32,000 nucleotides of DNA, from contig NC_011979.1 in assembly GCF_000022265.1 (NCBI RefSeq), positions 2,790,001 to 2,822,000 of the forward strand, given 5' to 3'. Every line of letters begins with the position of its first letter. Position 1 is the stretch's first letter. Under the pieces are notes generated by a model. That model saw nothing but the letters and a program-made list of their open reading frames with translations. It had not been told where the DNA came from and did not search any database. A program made the position numbers and the translations under genes. The DNA is from Geotalea daltonii FRC-32. Lineage in GTDB: Bacteria > Desulfobacterota > Desulfuromonadia > Geobacterales > Geobacteraceae. Positions 9,009 through 15,416 of the stretch are shown here, one piece after another.

Positions 9009-9287
9009 ATGGAAGAACATGAAGTTGTGATTGAGTATGACGTGCCGAACAACCGGCAGAACGATCAGCAGGAAGAAGGGGTGGAGATTCCCATGGATCG
9101 CATCGATCCGGAGACCCTGCGCAATCTGGTCGGCGAATTTGTCACCCGGGAATGGACTGATCCGGGGGATGCCCGCTTTACCCTCGACGATAAGATCAGG
9201 CAGGTTTTAAAGCAGCTGCAAGATAAGAAAGCAAAAGTGGTTTTCGACCTGAAGTCCAACTCCGCAAATATCGTAGTCAGTCGGTAA
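9009..9287 (+). CDS. YheU-family (UPF0270) small protein
   Basis: 92 aa. IPMDRIDPETLRNLVGEFVTREWTD ... KIRQVLKQLQDKKAKVVFD parallels my recollection of E. coli YheU ([27 protein letters not shown]...). It starts 4 nt after the previous stop. Confidence 0.65.
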   Translation: MEEHEVVIEYDVPNNRQNDQQEEGVEIPMDRIDPETLRNLVGEFVTREWTDPGDARFTLDDKIRQVLKQLQDKKAKVVFDLKSNSANIVVSR

Positions 9288-9316
9288 TCAAAGCCCACCA
9301 TCGGTTTCCACTCTTC

Positions 9317-9504
9317 TACGTAGTTTCCATCCGGAAAGGGTGCTTTTCTGCCCTAGCTGCGTCAATCTGCGGGCTTACTTGTGCGACGTACCGATGTACG
9401 TCTCCGCGCAAGCCCTTGATTTCCTTGCCAGGACAAAAAATCCCCTATTTCCGAATCGGAAACCACTAGTTTCTCATCCGGAGTTTCCGGATGGAAACTA
9501 CGTA
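9317..9504. mobile_element. MITE copy A (about 185 bp, perfect 21-nt terminal inverted repeats)
   Basis: TACGTAGTTTCCATCCGGAAA (9317-9337) is the exact reverse complement of 9484-9504. There are internal hairpins GACGTAC-cgat-GTACGTC and TTTCCGAaTCGGAAA. It is near-identical to 26621-26804, has no coding capacity, and its GTTTCC...GGAAAC core is flanked by TA on both sides. Confidence 0.8.
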
Positions 9505-9533
9505 AACCAATCCAGAATTATTCTACCTATGCA

Positions 9534-10772
9534 CTACTTGATATGGGCCGAAGAAGACCGGATAAAACCGGTGACTGCAATCGAGCCTGCCACACCGCAG
9601 GCGGCTACGGTGGCAGTCATGGGCAAGGAAGTCCCATTGTTCAGCAGCGCCACCAATGCCCCGGCGCTTGCACCGATGGTGTACTGTATTGTTCCCAGGA
9701 GTGCCGATGCACTGCCTGCAGCCCTGTCGAATGGGGCCATTGCCAGGGCGGTTATGTTCGGATAAAGCAGGCCGGTCATGCACAGGGAGGTGAACAGAAG
9801 TATGACATGGAGGACGAAACCGCCGGTTCCGGTAAGGACTGTGGCAGTGAGAAGAAGTGCAGCAGCTGCGTTGATGATGAATGCAGTTTTGGTGATGCGC
9901 TGGGGGCTGAAGTGACGCAGGAGCCTGCGGTTGACCTGCGAGGCGCCGATCAGTCCAAAGGCGTTGACGCCGAAAAAAAGGCTGAAATGCTGGGGTGAGA
10001 GCCCATGCTGCTCCATGAAGAAAAAGGGAGCGCCGGAAATATAGGAAAAGTTGGCGCCGGCGACACACCCGAGGGCAATGGCGTAACGGAGGTAACTGCG
10101 GTTGTGGAGGAGATGGCCGTATATTGAAACCATCTGGGTAAAGTTGCGTTTGATGCGGCGCTCGGGCGGAAGGGAGTCAGGGAGGAACAGTGCCGCAGCG
10201 AAGAAAGACGCCAGCCCGAAGAGCCCAAGAAACATGAAGATGCCTCTCCAGCCGGTGATAAGCAGGAGCTGTCCTCCCAGCATGGGCGCAAGGATCGGCG
10301 CCGCTCCCATGACAAGCATGAGAAGGGAAAACATTCTGGCCGCCTCGGCGGTATCGTAAAGATCGCGCACCACGGCACGGGAGATTACCATGCCGGCCCC
10401 ACCTCCGATTGCCATAATCACCCGCCACACTAACAGTGCTTCAGCAGAATGGACGCTGGCGCATCCCACTGCTGAAGCAACGTACAGAGCCAGTCCTATG
10501 AGGAGTGGCTTGCGCCTTCCCAATCGATCCGCCAGTGGCCCATAGAACAGCTGGCCGACAGCGGAACCGAAGAGAAACGCGGAAATGGTCAACTGAATGG
10601 TACCGAGGGGTACGTGCAAATCATGTGCGATGCTGGGAAAGGCGGGGAGATACATGTCGATGGACATGGCACCGAAGGCGGTCATTGCCCCAAGAACCAG
10701 CACCAGGCGTACCAACTGGGGGCGGGGCATTTCGGCCGGCTGGATGGCTTCGGCCGTTGTACTTACTTCCAT
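9534..10772 (-). CDS. MFS transporter, Bcr/CflA drug-efflux subfamily
   Basis: 412 aa, about 12 hydrophobic segments. The N-terminal region GAMSIDMYLPAFPSIAHDL ... GPLADRLGRRKPLL is typical of Bcr/CflA exporters. Confidence 0.8.
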   Translation of the reverse strand: MEVSTTAEAIQPAEMPRPQLVRLVLVLGAMTAFGAMSIDMYLPAFPSIAHDLHVPLGTIQLTISAFLFGSAVGQLFYGPLADRLGRRKPLLIGLALYVASAVGCASVHSAEALLVWRVIMAIGGGAGMVISRAVVRDLYDTAEAARMFSLLMLVMGAAPILAPMLGGQLLLITGWRGIFMFLGLFGLASFFAAALFLPDSLPPERRIKRNFTQMVSIYGHLLHNRSYLRYAIALGCVAGANFSYISGAPFFFMEQHGLSPQHFSLFFGVNAFGLIGASQVNRRLLRHFSPQRITKTAFIINAAAALLLTATVLTGTGGFVLHVILLFTSLCMTGLLYPNITALAMAPFDRAAGSASALLGTIQYTIGASAGALVALLNNGTSLPMTATVAACGVAGSIAVTGFIRSSSAHIK

Positions 10773-11033
10773 GAAAAGGACATCCTTTAGCCTTTATGGC
10801 TAAGACTGCTGTGGGCTGTGGGAAAATTGCAGCCCACCTTACCATGCTGCAAAATGTTTGACAATGGCTGTTCCGGGTAAAACATTGGGGGATGGTCTGC
10901 TGCCCGAAGTAATACCCTTGACCTGCAGAATAAATAAACATTTTTACGAAAAGTTGTTTGACTCCGATATTTTAACTCCATAAGAGTCTAGTATAATTGT
11001 GCTGGACAATAATTTATGCAAAAGGAGGAAGCA

Positions 11034-11477
11034 ATGAAAAGAACCCGGTTTGTGGGAATTATCACTGGAATAATCATGATAACTACTTCACTGGCGGTCG
11101 CTGCGGGAATGGGGGGTGGAGGATGGGGTATTGGGGGCGCTTATCAACGCATATATAATCCTTCAACAGTGGAAACCGTATCAGGGACCATTGAAAGGGT
11201 TGACAGAATGAAGCCAATGCGGGGGATGGGTGCCGGAATCCATCTTCTACTCAAGACGGACAAGGAGACGATTCCCGTTCATCTTGGCCCGGACTGGTAC
11301 ATTAATAAACTTGATGCAAAGCTTGAGAAAGGTGAGAAGCTTGATGTGACAGGTTCAAAGGTAACCATAAGTGGAAAACCGGTTATCATTGCCTCTGAGT
11401 TGAAAAAAGGGGATGAAGTTCTCGTTCTCCGAGATGCGGCAGGCGTTCCTGCGTGGTCAGGATGGAGACGGAAGTAA
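11034..11477 (+). CDS. Secreted hypothetical protein with Gly/Met-rich N-region
   Basis: Start at ATG 11034, 5 nt after AAAGGAGGA. It has a signal-like segment (FVGIITGIIMITTSLAVAAG), then MGGGGWGIGG and MKPMRGMGAG, then a beta-rich C-terminal part. Function unknown; the metal-island context is the only clue. Confidence 0.55.
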   Translation: MKRTRFVGIITGIIMITTSLAVAAGMGGGGWGIGGAYQRIYNPSTVETVSGTIERVDRMKPMRGMGAGIHLLLKTDKETIPVHLGPDWYINKLDAKLEKGEKLDVTGSKVTISGKPVIIASELKKGDEVLVLRDAAGVPAWSGWRRK

Positions 11478-11514
11478 ATGTTTTGGCCACTGTTTCCCGT
11501 GATCACATGTTGAA

Positions 11515-11544
11515 AAAGGGCGACCTTTCGAGCGGTCGCCCTTT
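11515..11544. terminator. Bidirectional intrinsic terminator between convergent genes
   Basis: Perfect 11-bp stem AAAGGGCGACC / GGTCGCCCTTT with an 8-nt loop. A-run on the left and T-run on the right. Confidence 0.75.
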
Positions 11545-11594
11545 GCAGAAATGTTCGATGGAGGCATATACGACATGGTCAGTCTAATGGGTGA

Positions 11595-12113
11595 TTATAG
11601 AGCTATAATCATCATGGGAACCATCATGAGGAGCATCATGCCTCCTCCCCACCAGCGCCATTTCCCGCTGCCAAAATGATGTGAAAAAAAACCATGCTCC
11701 TCATGTTCGGAACTCTTTGCTTCTCCGACCATGGCATTTATTTCATAACTGAGTACTTCTGCAGATTTTCCAACGTCAGCGATTGTAACCGCTATCTTAT
11801 ATTCCCCAGGTGTATCGAAGGACCAGGAATCCAAATACTCGTCCTCCAGAACATCAACTTCTCGGCTCAGCACCTGCCTGTTAGTACCTTTTTCATAAAC
11901 CTGAAGGGCCACCTTTCTGTCAGTGACTACTTGTCCATCTTTCTCAAGCTTCAATGCAAAAGTAACTTTACTACCTGCCGATGGCGAGTCAGGGGCAAGC
12001 CTGATAGCCGCTTTCATGTTGTTTTGCGCAAAGCTCTGTTCCATTGCCAGAGCGGTCACTGGTGTAACTGAAAGGAATACTGCCAACATCAGGTAATGAT
12101 AAAAAAGAGCCAC
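11595..12113 (-). CDS. Exported FixH/YtkA-like beta-sandwich protein with His-rich linker and Met-rich C-terminal helix (putative metal-binding)
   Basis: Start re-assigned to GTG at 12113, with GGAGG 8 nt upstream. The ORF-track TTG start at 12164 lies inside a -24/-12 element. Signal-like ALFYHYLMLAVFLSVTPVTALA, then SSEHEEHGFFSHHFG, then WWGGGMMLLMMVPMMIIAL. Confidence 0.6.
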   Translation of the reverse strand: MALFYHYLMLAVFLSVTPVTALAMEQSFAQNNMKAAIRLAPDSPSAGSKVTFALKLEKDGQVVTDRKVALQVYEKGTNRQVLSREVDVLEDEYLDSWSFDTPGEYKIAVTIADVGKSAEVLSYEINAMVGEAKSSEHEEHGFFSHHFGSGKWRWWGGGMMLLMMVPMMIIAL

Positions 12114-12147
12114 TGCGAACACCTCCGATTTTTTTGTACATGGATGC

Positions 12148-12163
12148 AGCAAAGGGCATACCA
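12148..12163 (-). promoter_or_regulatory. Candidate sigma-54 promoter (minus strand) TGGTAT-N5-TTGCT
   Basis: The reverse complement of 12148-12163 is TGGTATGCCCTTTGCT. GG and GC are separated by exactly 10 nt. It lies about 24 nt upstream of the RBS of the 11595-12113 gene. Confidence 0.55.
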
Positions 12164-12220
12164 ATATAAGATCACTTTAATTTCAAATACCTATGCAATA
12201 GTGAGGTTTTATTTGATGCA

Positions 12221-12248
12221 GAAAAATCTACATCCCTGCAGGATATTC
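12221..12248. promoter_or_regulatory. Putative enhancer (UAS): two GAATATTC-like boxes 20 bp apart
   Basis: GAAAAATC (12221-12228, 6/8 match) and GGATATTC (12241-12248, 7/8 match). They lie 57 nt from the minus-strand -24 element. Confidence 0.4.
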
Positions 12249-12322
12249 CACGATGTCAGATTGATCAGTGTTTTTTGCATCGCTCGGCTCTTGTCACCGA
12301 ATCGTGTGCTAGGATCTTCAGG

Positions 12323-12541
12323 GTGACTGATGCCTTCGACGCCCACAGTTGAGCCGGATTTTACCTGTATGGGCATGAACTGTATGGGCATGAAGAATGC
12401 GGATGAATGATCTAGGCAGAGAGGGGGAAGTATTTTGACCCAAAAGTAGTAGATGCATTTCTGCAAATAGGGCGTAAGCAAATAGAGGCAATCCAAATAA
12501 GATTTTGCACTGAGTGGAGAATATTCAACATACATGGGTGA
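12323..12541 (+). pseudogene. Decayed 3' remnant of an HD-GYP/HD-domain gene
   Basis: One frame reads VTDAFDAHS*AGFYLYGHELYGHEECG*MI*AERGKYFDPKVVDAFLQIGRK...*. This matches the xDxFDAxTSxRPY ... G.xFDPxVVxAF end of HD-GYP domains but carries three in-frame stops. The upstream part is in another frame. Confidence 0.6.
12365..12394. repeat. Perfect 15-bp tandem duplication (CTGTATGGGCATGAA x2)
   Basis: 12365-12379 is identical to 12380-12394. It lies inside the HD-GYP remnant and encodes LYGHE twice. Confidence 0.9.
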
Positions 12542-12565
12542 TATTCTTTATCCTGAGGAATATTT
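12519..12565. promoter_or_regulatory. Putative enhancer (UAS): three GAATATTC-like boxes at 20/19-bp phasing
   Basis: GAATATTC (12519-12526, exact), TGATATTC (12539-12546, 6/8) and GAATATTT (12558-12565, 7/8). The last box is 60 nt upstream of the TGGCAG at 12626. Confidence 0.55.
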
Positions 12566-12625
12566 TTCAGGACTGCTTTTAAAAAAATTCATATAATTCC
12601 AATAAGTTACAACAATTAATCAAGC

Positions 12626-12641
12626 TGGCAGATTTTTTGCT
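12626..12641 (+). promoter_or_regulatory. Candidate sigma-54 promoter TGGCAG-N5-TTGCT
   Basis: TGGCAGATTTTTTGCT has one mismatch to TGGCAC-N5-TTGCW with correct GG-N10-GC spacing. It sits upstream of the HMA/ABC operon. The ORF-track TTG start at 12637 is the -12 element itself. Confidence 0.7.
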
Positions 12642-12699
12642 TTTACTTTCCATGAACACCAACAGGGAATCCACAGAAGTTATGTCAGGTGAAGCCAAG

Positions 12700-13113
12700 A
12701 TGAGAAAACGGATTATAAATATAGCTTTGGTACTTGCCGTGGTTGCGCTGATGGTATTTCTCGCTTTTCACGTCAAGATCAAACGGCCTGTACAGGAAGT
12801 TGCCGTGTTAAAGACCATCGGCATGACCTGTGGGAGTTGTGCAGGGAAAATTGAGAAAGCCTTGATGCGTTTGCCCGGAACGGCTGGAGTGGAGGTGGAT
12901 GTGGAAGGGGGATGGGTGCTGGTCGGCTATCAATCAACATCTGCAAAGCCTGATACATTTGCTGCAGCAGTTAACAATGAAGGGTTCAGGAGCTGGCTGA
13001 TGGAAAAAATGCCCATTGCCGAGTTCAAAAAGGTTGCAGGGCGGGATTTCGGGTCTAAGGCGGTAAAGTCTTCATACTGCGGCAATGGTGGATGCGGCAG
13101 CAATCGAAACTAA
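12700..13113 (+). CDS. Membrane-anchored heavy-metal-associated (HMA) domain protein with Cys-rich C-terminal tail
   Basis: Start at ATG 12700, with AGGTGA 8 nt upstream; alternatives are 12652 and 12682. MRKR plus a TM helix, then an HMA fold with GMTCGSCAGKIEKAL. The tail is YCGNGGCGSNRN. Confidence 0.75.
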   Translation: MRKRIINIALVLAVVALMVFLAFHVKIKRPVQEVAVLKTIGMTCGSCAGKIEKALMRLPGTAGVEVDVEGGWVLVGYQSTSAKPDTFAAAVNNEGFRSWLMEKMPIAEFKKVAGRDFGSKAVKSSYCGNGGCGSNRN

Positions 13114-13126
13114 ACGGAGGAACTAA

Positions 13127-13543
13127 ATGTACGCAAGGATAAACATCACCCCCCATCATCTGGTAGTCACATTGATGACGCTGTTGGTTCTGTTGGCAAC
13201 CATATCCTGGGGGGCGACGCAGGGGGCCGATACGGTAACCGTGCTGAATGCGGAGAAGCTGTCGTGTGGCAGTTGTGCTGCGAAGATCACCAACGCACTT
13301 GAACAAAAAGAAGGAGTCGTTTCGGTTGAAGTAGACATCGCTGCAGCAAAAGTGACCGTGTGGCATGATTTGAAAAAAATTGCCCCTGGTCAACTCGCTT
13401 CAGTGGTTACTGATACTGGATATCCAAGTAATGTAGTGCGTACTGTCGCAAAGGATGTGTTTGACAGGGAAACGGGCAAGACGCCCCAGGCACAGAAAAA
13501 TGCAGGCGGTGGTTGTGCCTGTTGCAATAAGAACAGAAAGTAA
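13127..13543 (+). CDS. Exported HMA-domain protein with Cys-rich C-terminal tail (paralogue of previous)
   Basis: Signal-like LVVTLMTLLVLLATISWGATQGA, an HMA motif LSCGSCAAKITNAL and a GGGCACCNKNRK tail. RBS is ACGGAGGA. Confidence 0.75.
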   Translation: MYARINITPHHLVVTLMTLLVLLATISWGATQGADTVTVLNAEKLSCGSCAAKITNALEQKEGVVSVEVDIAAAKVTVWHDLKKIAPGQLASVVTDTGYPSNVVRTVAKDVFDRETGKTPQAQKNAGGGCACCNKNRK

Positions 13544-13561
13544 AACAAAGGGAGTATAGCC

Positions 13562-14092
13562 ATGGGAAAAGCCGCACGAAAACAAAACAGGGTTAAGGAG
13601 GATGTACAGGTGATCGGTATGAAAAACATTCGAAGCAAAGGTTTACATCTGGGTATTGTTGCCGGGATATTGGTTGTTCTGGGAGTAGCGACGGTATTTG
13701 CTCTGAACATACCTGGTTTCTCAAGTGTCCAGAAGGTAAAGCCGGTAAATGGAGTGGTAAGCATCCCGGTGGCAAAGGTTTCAGACGGCAAGGCACATTT
13801 TTACCAGTTCAAAGATAGCGGCAAAGATATAAGCTTCTTTGTGGTCAAAGACTCTGATGGCGCCATCCATACCGCCTTTGATACCTGTGATGTCTGTTAC
13901 AAGGCAAAAAAGGGATATGAGCAGAAAGACGACTTTATGGTGTGCAAAAACTGTAATCAACGCTTTGCCATAGCGAAAATAGGTCCGCACGCTATTGGCG
14001 GCTGCAATCCCACCTACCTCCCCAGCGCTTTTGTCGGAGCAAACGTCATTGTCAAGGCAACCGATCTTCAGTCCGGTGCCAAATACTTCTAA
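13562..14092 (+). CDS. DUF2318/FtrD-like membrane-anchored Cys-cluster protein
   Basis: One TM helix, then CDVCYKAKKGYEQKDDFMVCKNCNQRF ... GGCNPTYLP. This is the CxxC...CxxC...GGCNP pattern I associate with DUF2318 proteins, which accompany FtsX-type ABC genes (for example in the Campylobacter P19/Ftr1 locus). The family call is from memory. Confidence 0.6.
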   Translation: MGKAARKQNRVKEDVQVIGMKNIRSKGLHLGIVAGILVVLGVATVFALNIPGFSSVQKVKPVNGVVSIPVAKVSDGKAHFYQFKDSGKDISFFVVKDSDGAIHTAFDTCDVCYKAKKGYEQKDDFMVCKNCNQRFAIAKIGPHAIGGCNPTYLPSAFVGANVIVKATDLQSGAKYF

Positions 14093-14104
14093 GCGGGATA
14101 GAAA

Positions 14105-15265
14105 ATGAAACTGCATACCATATCCATCAACAACCTTAAACGCCGGAAAACTAAAATGGCTTTTCTCACCATCGGGCTGATGGTGGGAATCGCCACAATT
14201 GTCACGCTCGTGACACTTACCCGGTCCATGTCCAGCGACATTGAACGGAAGATGGATGAATTTGGAGCCAACATCCTCATTACTCCCCAGAGTAACGGCC
14301 TCTCCATGAATTACGGGGGCATAAGCCTTGGGGGCGTCACCTTCGACCAGCGTGAGATAGGCGAAGAGGATCTGGCCAGGATCAAAACCATCAAGAACAG
14401 CAAGAATATCTCTGCCGTTGCGCCAAAGGTACTGGGGGGAATCAAGGTAGGTTCTCACGATGTGCTGCTGGTCGGAGTGGACTTTGACAGTGAATTGAAA
14501 ATGAAACAGTGGTGGCAGATCTTTGGCGATGCCCCGAAGGCCGACAATGAAGTGTTACTGGGAAGCGATGCCTCAAAGATCCTCGATGCTAGCTCCGGTG
14601 ATACCATCCGGATCAAGGAGGAAACCTTCAAGGTTGCCGGAGTGCTTGACCAGACCGGCTCACAGGATGACTCTCTCGTCTTCGCCTCTCTTGGCAAAGC
14701 ACAGAAAATTCTCGGCAAAGAAGGAAAGATCACCTTGGCGGAGGTGGCGGCTCTTTGTTCCGGGTGTCCCATTGGCGACATGGTAACCCAGATTGCCGAA
14801 AAGCTCCCCGATGCCAAGGTCTCGGCAATCCAGCAGGTGGTGGAAGGGCGCCTCAAGGCACTGGACCAGTTCAAACGGTTTTCCTATGCCATGGCAGGGG
14901 TAGTTGTTTTTATCGGTTCCCTGATTGTCTTTGTGACCATGATGGGAAGCGTCAATGAGCGCACGACCGAGATCGGTGTTTTCAGGGCGATAGGCTTTCG
15001 CAAGAGCCACATCATGCGGATCATTCTACTGGAAGCAGTACTTGTCAGCCTGCTGGCAGGAATCCTGGGCTATGCTGCCGGCATGGGGGGGGCCAAACTG
15101 GCTCTGCCTTTCATGGCTGAAAGCAAGAATGCACACCTCATCTGGGACAGTACTGTAGCTGCCGGTTCAATCGGATTAGCCGTAATGCTGGGCCTGCTGG
15201 CCAGTCTCTATCCAGCGCTGCATGCCAGCAAGATGGACCCGACGGAAGCCCTGCGGGCGCTTTGA
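14105..15265 (+). CDS. ABC transporter permease, FtsX/MacB type with periplasmic domain
   Basis: 386 aa. An N-terminal TM is followed by a roughly 230-aa extracytoplasmic domain and three C-terminal TMs, with RAIGFRKSHIMRIILLEAVLVSLLAG (FtsX core) and a C-terminal DPTEALRAL. Confidence 0.85.
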   Translation: MKLHTISINNLKRRKTKMAFLTIGLMVGIATIVTLVTLTRSMSSDIERKMDEFGANILITPQSNGLSMNYGGISLGGVTFDQREIGEEDLARIKTIKNSKNISAVAPKVLGGIKVGSHDVLLVGVDFDSELKMKQWWQIFGDAPKADNEVLLGSDASKILDASSGDTIRIKEETFKVAGVLDQTGSQDDSLVFASLGKAQKILGKEGKITLAEVAALCSGCPIGDMVTQIAEKLPDAKVSAIQQVVEGRLKALDQFKRFSYAMAGVVVFIGSLIVFVTMMGSVNERTTEIGVFRAIGFRKSHIMRIILLEAVLVSLLAGILGYAAGMGGAKLALPFMAESKNAHLIWDSTVAAGSIGLAVMLGLLASLYPALHASKMDPTEALRAL

Positions 15266-15266
15266 T

Positions 15267-15385
15267 GGGACGCGGCTTTTGCGCAATAGCTGCGTAAGTC
15301 TTCGGAACTGCTTGTGCGACGTAGCTGGGCTACGTCTCCGCACATTTCCTTGACAGCCTTGCTCTTGCATCAAAATCCACGTCCC
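15267..15385. repeat. Hairpin-centred intergenic element inserted between permease and ATPase genes
   Basis: TIR-like GGGACGCGG (15267-15275) and CCACGTCCC (15377-15385). The core CTTGTGCGACGTAGctgggCTACGTCTCCGC is shared with the MITE core CTTGTGCGACGTACcgatGTACGTCTCCGC. Confidence 0.6.
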
Positions 15386-15416
15386 TGGAGAGATCAGTTA
15401 GTTAAAAGGAAAATAA

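Noticed and set aside
9340-9765. 141-aa + strand ORF, and its twin at 26642-26875.
   Set aside because: Both begin inside the MITE copies and share the same MITE-encoded peptide. The first then runs antisense through the 3' end of the MFS gene. They are artefacts of the repeat.
10958-10997. Sigma-70 promoter for the 11034 gene, from TTGACT (10958) and TATAAT (10992).
   Set aside because: The hexamers are 28 nt apart, far from the 16-18 nt optimum. TATAAT alone may be a real -10, but I cannot support a full promoter call.
12209-12535. 108-aa minus-strand ORF.
   Set aside because: It lies antisense to a recognisable HD-GYP remnant on the + strand and spans two enhancer regions. It has no RBS and no recognisable domain.
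12637-12699. TTG start at 12637 for the first HMA protein, and likewise the TTG start at 12164 for the minus-strand gene.
   Set aside because: Both TTG codons are part of the TTGCT/TTGG promoter elements. Transcription predicted from those promoters would start downstream of them. Better RBS-supported starts exist at 12700 and 12113.
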